NCBI GenBank assembly: GCA_003971905.1
Contig: RSEE01000082.1
Coordinates: forward strand, 186,001-250,000
Direction of reading: 5' to 3'
Origin: Moniliella sp. 'wahieum'
Lineage: Eukaryota
Length of the DNA stretch: 64,000 nucleotides
How positions within the stretch are numbered: position 1 is the first letter of the stretch; each line of letters begins with the position of its first letter. Shown one piece after another: positions 36,139 to 49,418 of this stretch. The notes below the pieces were generated by a model. The model did no database searches. It saw nothing but the letters and a program-made list of their open reading frames with translations, and was not told the DNA's origin. The position numbers and the translations under genes are program-made.

Positions 36139-39100
36139 ATGCACCCCCCGGCGCCCCCCGACCAGGTACGCACCCTGCCCTTGCCTGTGCTCCTCCTGCC
36201 GCTGACCCCCTTCCCCTCCATCCTGCCCGCCCAGCCGGCCATGCCCAGTGCGCGCCGCCCCGCCCGCTCCTCCATGGGCATCGCGTCCCTGCTCAACGAC
36301 CGCCCCCCGTCCCCCCCCAAGCGCAGCGCACCCTACTCGCCCTCCCCCGCCTCCCACCCGCCGCGCGTCCTGCCCCCACCCCCCTCGCCCACGAGCCCTC
36401 CTCTGCCGAGCCCCCCTCTGCCGAGCCCACACCCGCCGAGCCTGAGCCCGAGCCTGCCTGAGCCCGACCAGACCATTCCCGATCAGACCATGCCCGACCA
36501 GGCCATGCCCGACCAGACCATGCCCGACCAGACCAACCCCGACCAGCCGCCGCCCGAGTCCAAGCCGGCGCCCCGACTGCGCTTGACGCGCAAGAGTCGC
36601 CCCTCCCACAAGGCCGACCGGCCCAAGCCCAGCGAGCCTCCGTCGGCCAAGGCGCCCAAAGAAACCAAGCCCAAGGCGGAAAAGGCCAAGGCAGACAAGT
36701 CCAAGAGTGACAAGTCCAAGAGTGACAAGTCCAAGGCGGACAAGTCCAAGCAAGCTGGCGACAAGGCCGCGGACGCGGCTGCTGCCTGCCGCGGCTCCGG
36801 CCAAGCGCTCGCACAAGCGCCGCGTCGAGGACGGTCCTGAGGACAAGCGCAAACGCGCCCGCACCGAGGAAGAGCCCGACCTGGAGGCGCCCGAGAACGT
36901 GGCGTTGTGGGCGCCCGCGTTGGAACGCTACCGTTCCCAGGCCTACCTTCGTCGCGATGCTGTCGATGCGGCGTATGGGATGCTAGAGGACGAAGGGGAC
37001 GAGCGGACGTTGTCGGCGCTGGCAGCGGCGTACACGACGCGGTACAAGGCGGTGGTCCGGCAGGCCGAGCGTCGTCTCCGTGCCGAGCGGGCCAAGCAAC
37101 AAGAAGCACGCCAGCAACGAGAGCGTCTTCGTGCCCGTCGTCGCAAGGAAGAGGAACGAGAACATGCGGACCGGGTCGCGCGCGCCAGGCCAAGGCTCGT
37201 CGTCAGCAGCGAGAACAACAGATTGACCAAGAAATTTGGGAAACGCTCCATCCGCCTCGCGCCCCTGTGCGGGAGGAAGAGTCGGACGATGACGCGCCCC
37301 TCGCCTCGCGTTTCTTCTCGGTCGATTCGCCCCGCTTGACCAAGAGCAAGCAAGGGAGGAAGAAGTGTTTGTGCCGAGCGGCTTGGCCACTCCCGAGGAG
37401 GAGCCCACCTACGACCAGGACGGGTACCGGATCCTCACCTCGGCCCGTGCTGCCGCCCTCGACGCGTCGCACCGCAAGATTTGGACCGGGCTCGCGAAGC
37501 GGGACGTACCGAAAATGTTGCGCGTGGTGCAGATGGGCCAAGCGAACCGGTCGGCGTATTGGCGCCGAATTAGCGTCGTGGTGCAGCGGGAGGCAAAGCG
37601 GGTCGCCAAGCAAGCCAAGACGGTCAAGGACGTACAGACGCGCGGCCGGCGTGCGATGCGCGAAGTGTTGCTCTTCTGGCGTAAAAACGAGAAGGAGGAA
37701 CGAGAACTTCGCAAGGCCGCCGAGAAGGCCGCAGCAGAGAAGGCACGTCAAGATGAGGAACGAAGGGAGGCTCAGCGTCAGGCGCGCAAACTCAACTTCC
37801 TCATCACCCAGACCGAACTTTACTCGCACTTTGTCGGATCCAAGCTCAAGACGGAGCAGTCGGAGCAATCTGCCGACACCACCTCTGTTGCCGCCCCCCG
37901 TCTTCTTCCCGCGCCCTCATCACCGAGCTGCCCCCTTCGGGCGACGGCGAGTTGGAAGCGATTGATTTTGACGAGGAGGACGAGACGAACCTACGAGCGC
38001 ATGCGGCTCGCAATGCGCAAGCCGCCGTGACGGCGGCGAAAGAAAAAGCGCAAGCGTTTGATCACCAGGCAGCGCAAGAGCGCCGTGCCCACGAGGCAGC
38101 CGGAGCAGCGTCAGCCTCTGGCCAAGGCGAGGCGAGCAAGCAGCTGGACGATTTGAACTTTATGGACCCGTCAGGCATGGGCGAGGTGAGGTGACAGTGG
38201 CGCAACCCAAGATGCTCACCTGCGAACTGAAGGAGTACCAGCTCAAAGGGCTCAATTGGCTCGCCAACCTGTACGAGCAGGGCATCAATGGCATCTTGGC
38301 CGACGAGATGGGCTTGGGCAAGACGGTGCAAAGCATCAGCCTGATGGCCTACCTCGCCGAGGTGCACGACATTTGGGGCCTTTCCTCGTCATCTCTCCTT
38401 CCTCGACCTTGCACAATTGGCAGCAGGAGATCACCAAGTTTGTGCCCCAGCTCAAGGTGCTTCCCTACTGGGGCAGCGTCAAGGACCGTACCGTGCTCCG
38501 CAAGTTTTTCAGCAAGAACTCCATCTACACCCGCGACGCCCCTTTTCACGTCTTGGTCACCTCCTACCAACTGGCCGTGTCGGATGAGAAGTACCTGAAC
38601 CGGGTCAAGTGGCAGTACATGGTCCTGGACGAAGCGCAAGCCATCAAGTCGTCCTCGTCGGCACGGTGGAAGACGTTGCTGGGGTTCAACTGCCGCAACC
38701 GCTTGTTGCTGACGGGCACGCCCGTGCAGAACAGCATGCAAGAGCTTTGGGCGTTGCTTCACTTTATCATGCCTTCTCTCTTTGACAATCACGACGAGTT
38801 TTCCGAATGGTTCTCGCGCGACATTGAGGCCAATGCGGAAAACAAGGGTGCCCTCAACGAGCACCACTCCACCGTCTCCACATGATCCTCAAGCCGTTCA
38901 TGCTGCGTCGCGTCAAGAAGAATGTGCAGAACCAGCTCGGGGAAAGGTGGAGGTGGATCTGTTGTGCGACATGTCCACGGCAACGGCAGATGTACAATGC
39001 GCTCAAGGAGCGCGTGTCCATCACCGAACTCGTCCGTGCCGGCGCGGCAGATTCGGACCAAGGTCTGAAGAGCTTGATGAACTTGGTCATGCAGTTCCGC

Positions 39101-41153
39101 AAGGTGTGCAACCACCCGAGCTATTTGAGCGTGCGGACGTACGCACTCCGTTCGCCTTTGCGCAGGTACCGCACTCGGCCCAATCGTTGGCGCGCGAAGG
39201 CGATTCGCTCGACTTGTCCTTTTCCGCACGCAATCCCATCTCGCTCTCGCTGCCGCGCTTGCTGCTCGACTCGCTGCCGACGGTGGCAGGGTGGAACAAC
39301 CGGCACGGATTTGACACGCGGTACCGCGACGCTCTGCTCAATGTCTGGCGCCAGCCGAACCTTGTGGCAAACAAGGACGTGATGAGCAGCTTGGCGTGGG
39401 CGGGCCTGAGTGCGGTCGATGCTGAAGCGGCATTCCATGCGCCAATGGCCTCCTTCTTGGCCGCTCGCACGCGCGAAGGCCACTGGGACCAATACGGCAC
39501 ACTTCTGCTCGACCGGGACTTTATTGCGGCGCATGCGCCGCGGCCGCAGGGACGCGTGACCACGCCTTTGCCCTACTCGGGCTCTGACGCATGGTCCAAC
39601 CCTGTGCTGCAACACACTGGCTTGCCCCGCTCGACCAAATCTCCGCCCTTGCCGCACAACTGCACCCGTTCGCCAGCCCGCACAAGCGCGTGATTGTTCC
39701 CGCTGCCATTGGCCGCCAGTGGAGGTAGTGGCATCGGATGCGCACCTCAAGTTGTCCCTGCCCAGTGTGGATGGGCTGGACGCTCTTTCGCATACTGTGC
39801 TGTACGGTCTGCCGCCGCCCGTGGTGGACGATGCGCGTGCGCTGGCCCAGTGCGCGGGGAAACGGGATTGTTTGCCCCCCTACCGCCATCGTACCCTGGC
39901 ACAGCGCGTTATCTCGCCGTCTGCCGTCTCTGGCGCCAACGGGGTTGTGGGGCAGCACGCCGGCCGCGTCGTTGCCGAGCTCGGGGGTACAGATGCCGTC
40001 GATGGAACGGCTGATCCACGATTCGTCCAATTGGCCCGGTTGGACCAACTGTTACGCCAGCTCAAGGCGGGCGGGCACCGTGTCCTGATTTATTTCCAAA
40101 TGACCCGCATGATCGATCTCATGGAAGAGTACCTCGTCTCGCGCCAGTACAAGTACCTCCGCCTCGATGGCGCGTCCAAGATCTCGGATCGTAGGGATAT
40201 GGTCATGGACTGGCAAACCAAGTACGTACCCTACCACTCATTCCCCTGCTCTTACCTTTTCTTCCCGGCCTTTCTCTCCAGCCCCGACATCTAACTGACT
40301 TGGGGTATATTTTTGTTTTTTGCTTTTTGTTTTGTTTTGTTTTGCTTGGTTCCAGGCCCGAGCTGTTCATCTTTCTCCTCTCCACGCGGCAGGCGGGCTG
40401 GGCATCACGTTGACTGCGGCGGATACGGTGATCCTGTACGAGAGCGACTGGAACCCGTCGAACGACAGCCAGGCCATGGACCGTGCGCACCGACTTGGCC
40501 AGACGAAACAAGTGACGGTCTACCGTCTGATCACCAAGGGTACGATTGACGAGCGGATTGTCAAGTTGGCTCGGAGCAAGAAGGCGGTGCAGGATATGGT
40601 GGTGGGCAGTCACCCTGCGCCTGGGACCGGTGCTTCGTCCAGTGGCGATGCGCCCGGCGGGCAGGACATTGTCAATTTGCTCTTGGACGACGACGAGATG
40701 GCACAGGCCATGGCACGTCGCAAACAAGATGCTGGTGCATCTTGACCACGACCACGACCACGACCAGTTCCAGTTCCCCACGTGCCTCTTCCTCCACCCC
40801 AACGGACCAACCGGTCTCGCACCGCGACAGTGTGCGCGCAAGAAACGCGCGTTGAAAGCGTCCGCCTCCGCATCTGTACCGGCCGCTCCGGCACCCGATC
40901 TCTGGGCCCTGGACGAAGACGAAGACGATTTCTTTGGTGCCAAGCCGCCGCCGGCCGTGGAGCCTACGCCACCCACTTCCACGACCAAACGGTCAGGGAA
41001 GAAGGCTACCAAAGCAACTACTACCCCACCGCCGCCCGCACCAAAAAGGCCCCGCCGAAAAAGAAACGGTTGTCGAAATCGTCCCCGCTGGCCAAACCCT
41101 CGGAACCTTCCACCTCCGCGTCCAGCCCCGTCAGCACAGAGCGAGAGCTCTGA
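36139..41153 (+). CDS. INO80: INO80 chromatin-remodelling ATPase (DBINO + split SNF2 helicase); introns about 36166-36234 and 40221-40355; many consensus frameshifts
   Basis: [62 protein letters not shown]. Helicase: [108 protein letters not shown]. Confidence 0.97.
36463..36750 (+). repeat. Two 15-bp coding tandem repeats in the INO80 N-terminus: (PDQTM)x5 and (DKSKS)x4
   Basis: cccgaccagaccatg variants at about 36463-36546; gacaagtccaagagt variants at about 36694-36750. Confidence 0.85.
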
Positions 41154-41762
41154 GCGTGCTAGCCCACTCGGGTGGGACGCGAGCTGGGGGAGAGGAGCGA
41201 GGTGGTACCCAGGTGGCAAGCCAACAGTCGTGGCGCGGAGTGCGGGGAAGACAGAGGGGGCTCGATCGGATGCATGGCTGTTTTGCTTTGGGATGGATTC
41301 ATGAGGAGAGGAGGAGGAGGGGGGGTGTGTTGTCGCGCACCGACTGAGCAAGGCAGACTTGTACGTACTAGTAGGACCGTGCGTTTGTTTCTCCGCAAGT
41401 AGGCAGGGCAGGAGCGTTGAGCGAGCCGAGCCAGCGCCCGTCGCGTTCAATACGTTCAATGCGATGAGGGTAGGGATGCCCGCGAGAGTAGCTACTACGG
41501 GCGTCGGAGCGAGTGACGAGGGGTCGGTGGGTGGAGGGGCGTGCGTGCAAGGCAGTGGAGCTCGTGCTGCTGCGGGGCTACAGGTTGCAGGTTAAGTATT
41601 GAAGGCTAGCACTACCGTGTGCGCAACGCCAGGCCTCTGTTCCTGTTCTACGGATTCCGGGGTACGGTGCACACACAAATTAGATCGATCGATTCAGAGA
41701 GCATAGGCTGATTATCGAGATGATCGGGCACGAGAAGGAGGAATGGCAGTGGCAGTGGCAGA

Positions 41763-41865
41763 GAGAGCAGAGCAGAGCAGAGAGAGCAGAGCAGAGCAGC
41801 AGAGCAGAGCAGAGCAGAGCAGAGCAGAGCAGAGCAGGCAGAGCAGAGCAGAGCAGAGCAGAGCA
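41763..41865. repeat. (AGAGC)n pentanucleotide microsatellite in the KGD1 3' region
   Basis: About 100 bp of gagcagagcagagca... with few interruptions. Confidence 0.92.
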
Positions 41866-41925
41866 CGGTCCAAAAGCAAGAGCAAAAGGGAAGGACGACC
41901 AAGGCCAGCAAGCAAGTGCCAATGA

Positions 41926-44900
41926 TTACTCGGCCAGGGCCGGGTCAAACGCATCGTGCAGCAAGTTCTCCAGTTCGCGAAGATGATGTTTCTTGATGCC
42001 GGTCGCGACCGAGGCCGAGGGGGGCGCGAAGCGCACTTGGCAAACGTGTTGCGGTGGTGCTGCGAGTGGCAGGCGGCAGTACGCAGCCGCGGACCGACGT
42101 AGAACCAACATCCATTGTTCAGTGGTTCCTGCACCCACGCCAGGTCCGCATTCGGGTACTTGTCCAAGTGCGGCGTCAATCGTACGGGAAGGGCGAAATC
42201 TGTTCCAACCGACTGATCGCCACATCGTTCCGGCCCAAGTCGCGACGACGCTTCAGTAGCTCATAGTACACCTGCCCCGTGCAAATAATGTGCCGTGATC
42301 TGCTCGGGCGGCAGGAGCGCATCTTGGCCTTCGGTCTGGTGCGGCTCGGCAATGTATTTTTGGAACCCACCGGCACCGGGAAGGAAGTCGGCCACCTCGG
42401 AGCGCGCCATCGGGTGACGCAGGAGCGACTTGGACATAAAGTGGATCAAGGGCTTGCGGAAATCACGGTGCACTTGCCGCCGCAGCACATGGAAGTAGTT
42501 GGCAGGGGTGGTGGTGTAGACAGCTGCATGTTGCAGTCTTGGTGTTGCCGGTTCATCTCTGCCTCGGTAGGGAAGTGGAACGGATTGTCGTCGCAGAGCT
42601 GGAGGAAGCGCTCGATACGCGCCGAGGAATGTTCAGGTCCTTGACCATCGTATCCATGGGGCAAACTCAGTACCAAACCCGTGCGTTGGAGCCACTTGCG
42701 CTCCCCGGAGGCAATGAACTGGTCAATGATGCACTGCGCATTGTTGGCAAAATCGCCAAACTGCGCTTCCCACATCGTCAAGTTCTTGGGATCGACCAAC
42801 GAGTAGCCCAGCTCAAACCCAGCGCACCGTATTCCGACAGCGACGAGTTGCACACCTCAAACGTGGCCTGATGCGCGTCGACATGCTCAAGCGGAGTATA
42901 GGTCCGTTCGGTCTTTGGTCATGGAGCACAGCATGACGCTGCGAAAAGGTACCACGCTCCACGTCTTGGCCACCAACACGAACGTAATACCCTTCCTTGA
43001 CGAGCGAGCCAAATGCCAAGGCTTCTCCTGTGGACATGTCGATTCCCTTGCCCGTCTCGATCGTCTTGGCCCGGTTGCGAAGGATACGAGCCAAGTTGCT
43101 GTGAACGGTGAAATCGTCAGGATAAGAGGACACTGTCTTGCCAATGTGCTCGACAAGCGCTTCACTGATCCCAGTCTCCTTGTGGTCCAGGATCTTCTCC
43201 TTGAGCTCCTTGGGCGAGGGGAAACCCTCCCAGGCGGAAGAGAGCCATTCGCGCTCACCGGGATTGTAGTCCTTGGCTTTGACCGCCGACTGCTCCAGCA
43301 AACCCCACACCCACTTGCCATGCTCGTCCACCTGCTGCTGGGTAAAGGTTCCTTCCTTGACCAGTTCCTGAGCATAGAGCGTGAGCGTAGTGGGCTTCTT
43401 GGCGATCGCCTCGTACATGCGCGGCTGGGTGAACGAAGGTTGGTCCGTCTCGTTGTGCCCGTAGCGACGGTAACACACCAAGTCAATCACCACATCCTTC
43501 TTGAACTTGTACCGCCAGTCGGCCGCCAACTGGCAGACAAACGTGACGGCCTCCGTGTCGTCGCCATTGACGTGGAAGATAGGGGCGTCAATGGCCTTGG
43601 CCAAGTCCGAAGGGTACGGCGTCGAGCGCGCAAAGCGCGGGTCGGTAGTAAACCCAATCTGGTTGTTGACAATAATGTGGATCGTGCCGCCAGTCGAGTA
43701 GTTGGGCAAATTGTACATGCCCATCGTCTCGTATACCACGCCCTGTCCGGCAAACGCAGCATCGCCATGCAACAAAAGAGCCACCGAGGACTTGTGTTCC
43801 TTGTCCCCGGCAAAGTCCTGCAGCGCACGCGTCTTGCCGGTCACCACCGGGTCCTCCGCTTCCAAGTGCGACGGGTTGGCCACCAGAGACAGAGCCACCT
43901 TGCGACCCGAAGGGGTCGGACGGATGTAATTGGCACCCAAGTGGTACTTGACGTCTCCGCCGCCATCCGAGCCATCGTCGGCACCCTTGAACTGGTTCAG
44001 GATCCCCTCGACCGGACGACGAATCACGTTGGCAATCACGTTGAGACGACGACCACGATGGGGCATGCCAATCGTCACGTTGCTGGCGCCGTGTTCGACA
44101 ATCCGATCAATCAGCGCTTTGATACCAGGAATCAGCGACTCGCCGCCCTCGAGACCAAAGCGTTTGTCGGTCGGGAACTTGCTAGCGATGAAGCGCTCAA
44201 AGTTGTCGGACCACATGAGGCGGTCGAGAATCTGCTTCTTTTGGTCGGGCGAGTACTTGTACGGCTCGGGGCACTCGATGCGCTCGCGCAGCCAGTCGCA
44301 CCGGCTGCGGTCGGGAATGTGCATGTACTGGTACCCAATGTGGCCGCAGTACACTTTTTTGCACGTATCAATCAACTCGCCAATCGTCATCTCCTTGGTC
44401 GTGGTGGCGAAATGAGGGAGCAGACCCGATCCCAGAGACACCTTCTTGCTCATGTCGGCGGGGGTAAAGCCATAGTACTCCAGCGTCAGCTCTTCGGGCA
44501 CCTTGTTGCGGGGCGCAATGCCCAGCGGGTCCAAGTCGGCCAGACGGTGGCCCCGGACCTGGAACGCACGGACCAGCAGCTGGACCTGGCGAGCAGAGGC
44601 ACAGGCACATGGAGAGGACACGTCAGCAGCAACGCCCAGCGCACGGGCGGAGCAAGGGCACCAACGAAAGAAGCGACGTACCTTGAGCGTGTCATCCACC
44701 TGCACCGCGGTCGAGGGCCCGAGCGGGGCTGGATCAGCGAAGCGTCGCTGAGCATGGGCGGGGGCGTGACGGCGTTCTGGGAGGGCAGGCCCTTGTCGAG
44801 GCCCGAGAAGTAGGCGTTCCAGCTGGCGTGGACGCTGGCGGGGTCCTGGCGCCACTGGCGGTACATCTCGTCGACGTAGTAGCCGTTGTTGGAGCTGAGG

Positions 44901-45051
44901 AACTTGTCGTTGGCCGACGGCGGGTCGGCGGGCGCGGCGAGGCGGACGCGGGCGGAGGAGGCGAGCGTGCGGAGGTGCGGCGGGGGGGCGCGCGCACAGA
45001 CACGCGCAGGCGCGCGGGCACAGCCGCCGTGCGCAGGAGAGGGCCGAGCAT
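41926..45051 (-). CDS. KGD1: 2-oxoglutarate dehydrogenase E1 component, mitochondrial (intron 44586-44681; consensus frameshifts)
   Basis: [71 protein letters not shown] motif [81 protein letters not shown]. Confidence 0.98.
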
Positions 45052-45699
45052 GGTGGACGCAGAAGAAACGAAACGCCCAGATACGGCGGCCAGCCGACGA
45101 ATATACGAGGCCGCGTCCGCCGTCTGCATCACCCACCACGCGCGCCGCCGCCATTGCGTCACACCCGCCCGACACTGCCCCCCGGCCCACCCGCCCGCGC
45201 TTCGGCCCGCTGCTCACCGGCCAGCGTCAGCTCCGATTTGTGCCGCCCACACGGGGCCCGTGCGCACCATCGGGGCGCAGCGGGGGGGCGCTGTCCGGCC
45301 CGTCGCCCGGTCTACAGTCCCCGCGTGCCCTGGGGGTTCGGGCGGCAGGGTGGTAGGGTTATCTCTCTGTTCGTTCTTGCGCAGTGCTCGGCTGCTGAGT
45401 TGAGAAGACTCGCTCCTCCCATGTCACACCTACCATGACATATCCCGCCTCACGCAGATCGCTCCTGGCTTTGGCATCGCACTTGCTTCGTGTAAGACCG
45501 GAGGAACCCAAGGGGTTGGGCGATGAACCGCTGGAAACGGAGAGCAATGCAATCGCGGTGGTGGTGGTTGGGTCTAAGATCTAAGCCCAGTGCCACACCT
45601 AGAGACCGGGGTTCCAACAAGCCTGAGTATACACGTGGAGGCTTCAAGCTTCAAGCTTCAGACGTCAAATCAGGGACAAAGGGTGATAATCGATTGATC

Positions 45700-47478
45700 C
45701 TTCAGTTACGATGACAACGTCGATTTCAAGCAAGCCCCCTCCGTAATGGCGGAGCACAAGAGACGGCATTCGTCCCGTGACTTCGAAAACGCTCGGTTTA
45801 GCAGCACCAAAGAGTGGTCGTTTTGGCCGGAGTTGAAGAGGGAGACGTTTTCGTTTTCGACCGCAGGCCATGTAATGTCAACCTGCGCACAACCACTTCG
45901 CCTCCAAGAATTATATGGTCTTACGAGGCGTCTCCTGAATCATTCTTTATCGGAGGAGACTTTCATAACGATCTAATCCTACTTTTGTTCTACCAGGTTG
46001 GCCCGGATGCCAGCGAAGGTGCGTACGTGGTCTCTGTTCACCGCGCCACCAGTCCGCTGGATATCGATATGGAAAACAGTGATTCATCAGTATGTTGCGT
46101 TCATGAGCATGACATTGTCATGCCCTGTGCATCAATTCCTACCTATGATCACCCTTACATCGTCTTGGATGGGTCTACACTTCGGTTTTTGTAAGTCCAA
46201 CCCTGCCCCCATTTTTCGCATTGTCCTTGGCATCTGATCGATTTCATCATCGTTTCTCCATCATATCCATCAGAGACATTGGTGGCCGATAGAAGTGGTT
46301 TTTCGAGTATGCCATATCAACGGGAGAGCCTACATCCCGGGCGGTTCTGGATGCACCACAAGACGATTCCTTGGCGCATCACTCTCTCAATAATCTCCCC
46401 TTTAGAGTCGATTCTGTTTGTGTCGTGCAGGAGTGAGCTGTTCGTTTTTGACCGTGCATCGGGCGCCCGCCTTTGGTCACTGTCCGAAATGATGCAAAAT
46501 GTATCAGGTTACTGCACCAATATGGTACACCTTTCGATTGGTAGGACTGGTTCGCCTCTGGACAAATCCTGTTTACATGAAGCGGTAAGCATCCTTTCCC
46601 ATATTGCCTTGTTTTTGAGAACAAAAAACTAAATGATTTTTCTTTGCGCTTCAGGATCCACCTAACTGGTGCTTCGATTGGAGGAGCGATGGAAACATCA
46701 TTCTCTCTTCACTAGAAGTGTTCCCTGACTCGGAGAGTTTTTGGTTTCTCCTGCACACACCTCGTGACTCTTCGACTATTCCCTCCTATCTCTGTATAGT
46801 GAAGGGCTATCGCCATGCCTTTACCGGGACCGTACACACCCACCCATCTTGGTTTGTCACGGTCAACTTGGGAGGCATTACTGCTCCGGGTCCAATCATC
46901 CCTCCCACTCTCAACTATGACAGTCGCTTCATGTACCAGGCACTCTCCGACGGCTGGTCATACAAAGTGGACTCTGTCCTGCCAGGCGAGAAGGTCACCT
47001 CCATTCCGTCAACCACAAGTATCATGCCCTACAGTGAACCTCCGCTGCGCCTTGGATGCCTCAGATTGGTCCTTGTTGACTGGAAACATTCTCGTTTCCC
47101 AATGAAATTCTGTTGACAGACATGCCCCTTCGACCGACTCGGGTTGATACGCCGACACCGATGGTCTTGGGACCTGATCTCGTCCCTGATATTTCCCAAA
47201 TTGAGAAGGACAATGACAAGAATCAAAACCAAAATGGGAACAACAGTGTCCGACATCCCATGGTTCCCACCGATTCGTCCACTCCCAATCAGCACCCGGA
47301 ATTCATCTCGTACAACCACAGCTCCACTTCCTTTATTGAGCCGAGGAGTATCCTCTTCTCCACAGGGGCATTTTTGGCATTCAAAGACGATTCATATTAT
47401 AGGGATCCTCCCACTCGCTTTCACCAATTATATTGGGATTGGAGTGCCAAGGCACGCCACTGGCTCCAAACCCACTGA
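45700..47478 (+). CDS. Hypothetical protein, possibly a beta-propeller of the lineage-specific F-box-associated type; fragmented, lower GC
   Basis: Consecutive plus-strand ORFs (45746-45976, 45814-46194, 46279-46632, 46718-47116, 47113-47478) with beta-strand-like segments such as SELFVFDRASGARLWSL, and GTAAGT..CTGAT..CAG intron signals near 46191-46272. Confidence 0.4.
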
Positions 47479-47630
47479 TTGCATCCCATTTGGGACCCTC
47501 AACATCCTCACAGCCTGGACTGGTTCCCTCTCGGTCCTCAGGCCGCACACCTCATTTTCCTTGCCGCATTTCCGACAGGTAAGACCCATCGAATCCACCG
47601 GTGCTATGCGTTGGCGGGAAAAGGGGGAAG

Positions 47631-48452
47631 TGTTACGGGCTGCGGCGGACCCGAGATGGTCCGATCCAAGCTGAGGCCCGCCTGCTGCGCTCACATGCCC
47701 AGTAGAGCGAGCTCCGCAGGCCAACCAAGTGTGATGATGGTTGGCTAAATAGGTGTCGTGGTCCGAAGGGCCATGCATCCGCGCAACATCCGCGCAACCG
47801 TGGCCCTCCGCCCAACCGAGCTTCCACCTCTGTCTTCGTTTCCTTTTCCTTTCTCGGTCGCGCCTGCGGCGACCAACCCCGCCTTCGACGTGTCTTCCTT
47901 TCTGCAGACCTTCTTGTATTCGTTTCCCTTTTGATCATGCCTGCCCCCCTGGTTGTGGGGGATCCTTTCTCCCACCTTTCGTTCTCGTCATCTCTCGTCT
48001 ACCCTCTATCCTCGTCCTTTCCCGCCTATCCTGTCCGACCCCGCCCGTTTTCCAGCCAATTGATCCAGTTGACAGTCAGCCTCCTCTTGTTAGCGTCCGA
48101 CTCCTCCTCCGACCTCGTCCTCCAGCAATCCGTCAGTCCAGTCGAGCGAGCCCTCCTCTAGCCGCGTCGATTTCCAGTCTCTATCCAGTCTCAGTTGAGG
48201 CAGTCTTTGTCCGCCGCTGCTTCCTCCCCTCCCTAAGTCCGGAGGCTTCAGGCATGTTACTACAGCCCAAGCCGGTGCAGACGCAGTCAGTTGCTACACG
48301 AGCAGCCGCCTCACCAAAGGTCTCTCCTCGTCCCTAGGTACTGTACGCTCGAATTCACTAACTAGCCCAAGCCCGAAACTACCGTGAGTCGACCTACCGT
48401 CGCCTAAGGGATTGTACCCCATCAAAACCCCAACAGGGCGGCCCCCCTTATG
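47631..48452 (+). mobile_element. Probable LTR-retrotransposon LTR relic preceded by a polypurine tract
   Basis: GGGAAAAGGGGGAAG (47616-47630) directly followed by TGTTACG; TATA-like CTAAATA near 47745 then a CT-rich tract; the last ~220 bp are homologous to 51029-51285. Confidence 0.55.
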
Positions 48453-49353
48453 AGTTCTGAGTACTCAGTCTGAGTGTTCTATGCGATCGAAACGCGTAGA
48501 AATGATGGTATCATCAAGGACAATATATCAGGGATGGCTAGCGGCTCCCAACAAATTGGATTAGGCGGCGCACGAAAGCTATAGGCGGTGCGCACATAGA
48601 TGCGTGAAAACGTTCGCAACATTTTACTTGCCTGAACTGTAGTGCAGGCTACCTAGGCGCCTCTTTCCACATGAGGCCTGAGGCTCAGGCTCAAGCGCAT
48701 GCGTTCCTGCCGCCTGAGGGCACGAGGCTTGAAGCTTGAAGCTTGAAGCTTGAAGCTCTTAAAGCTCCCGATCTTAAGCTTCAGGCTTCAAGAATTTCAA
48801 GCCACAACAAGTCTATTACTCAGATCTCAGATCTCAGACTCAGTATACTCATACTCGGACTCACCGGTCAGGAAGGCTGTCCCCAAACACGCTCCTCTCA
48901 GCCGCAGAAGCTTGAACTTCAAGCTTCAAGCTTCAAGCCTCAATATCGCACTATCTCAATCTTCAAGCTTCAGGGCTGACATGTGGAGAATGCATCTCAT
49001 ACAGCACACACTGCATCGGCCTCTGAAAATCAGGGAAGAGAAGAGAAGTATAAGGCCTAAGGCCCTAAGGCTTATAGGCCTTGCACCATGCTTGATGTCG
49101 ACGAGCGATCGCTTGAGAGGCATGGATGTATGATGCATGATATACGATGTATGACGCGTGACGGGTGCCGCTGTCGGAGCCGCGCAACGAAACATTTCCG
49201 GGACGAGGCGCAAGAAGGGTGGGACTCCTTCATAGATTGATGTCGGCGAAGCCGGAGGGCATATGCCATGTGACATGTGACATGTGAGGCCTGAGAGGCC
49301 CGGAGAGCCCTCCAGGGTGGGGGCGGGAGAGGGGGCTCAGCCGGTCAATATAA

Positions 49354-49418
49354 GTCAACGGGTCAACCCTTGTCAACCCTCGTCAACCCTTGTCAACCAC
49401 GTCAACCACGTCAACCAC
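49354..49418. repeat. GTCAAC(C)-core tandem array, 7 copies at 9-10 bp spacing
   Basis: gtcaacgg-gtcaaccctt-gtcaaccctc-gtcaaccctt-gtcaaccac-gtcaaccac-gtcaaccac. Confidence 0.85.

Noticed and set aside
42915..44813. 632-aa plus-strand ORF, and similar ones at 14453-15616, 18706-19554 and 32957-33997
   Set aside because: These are antisense shadows of KGD1, VWA8, the dioxygenase and RPS4, caused by GC-rich codon bias.
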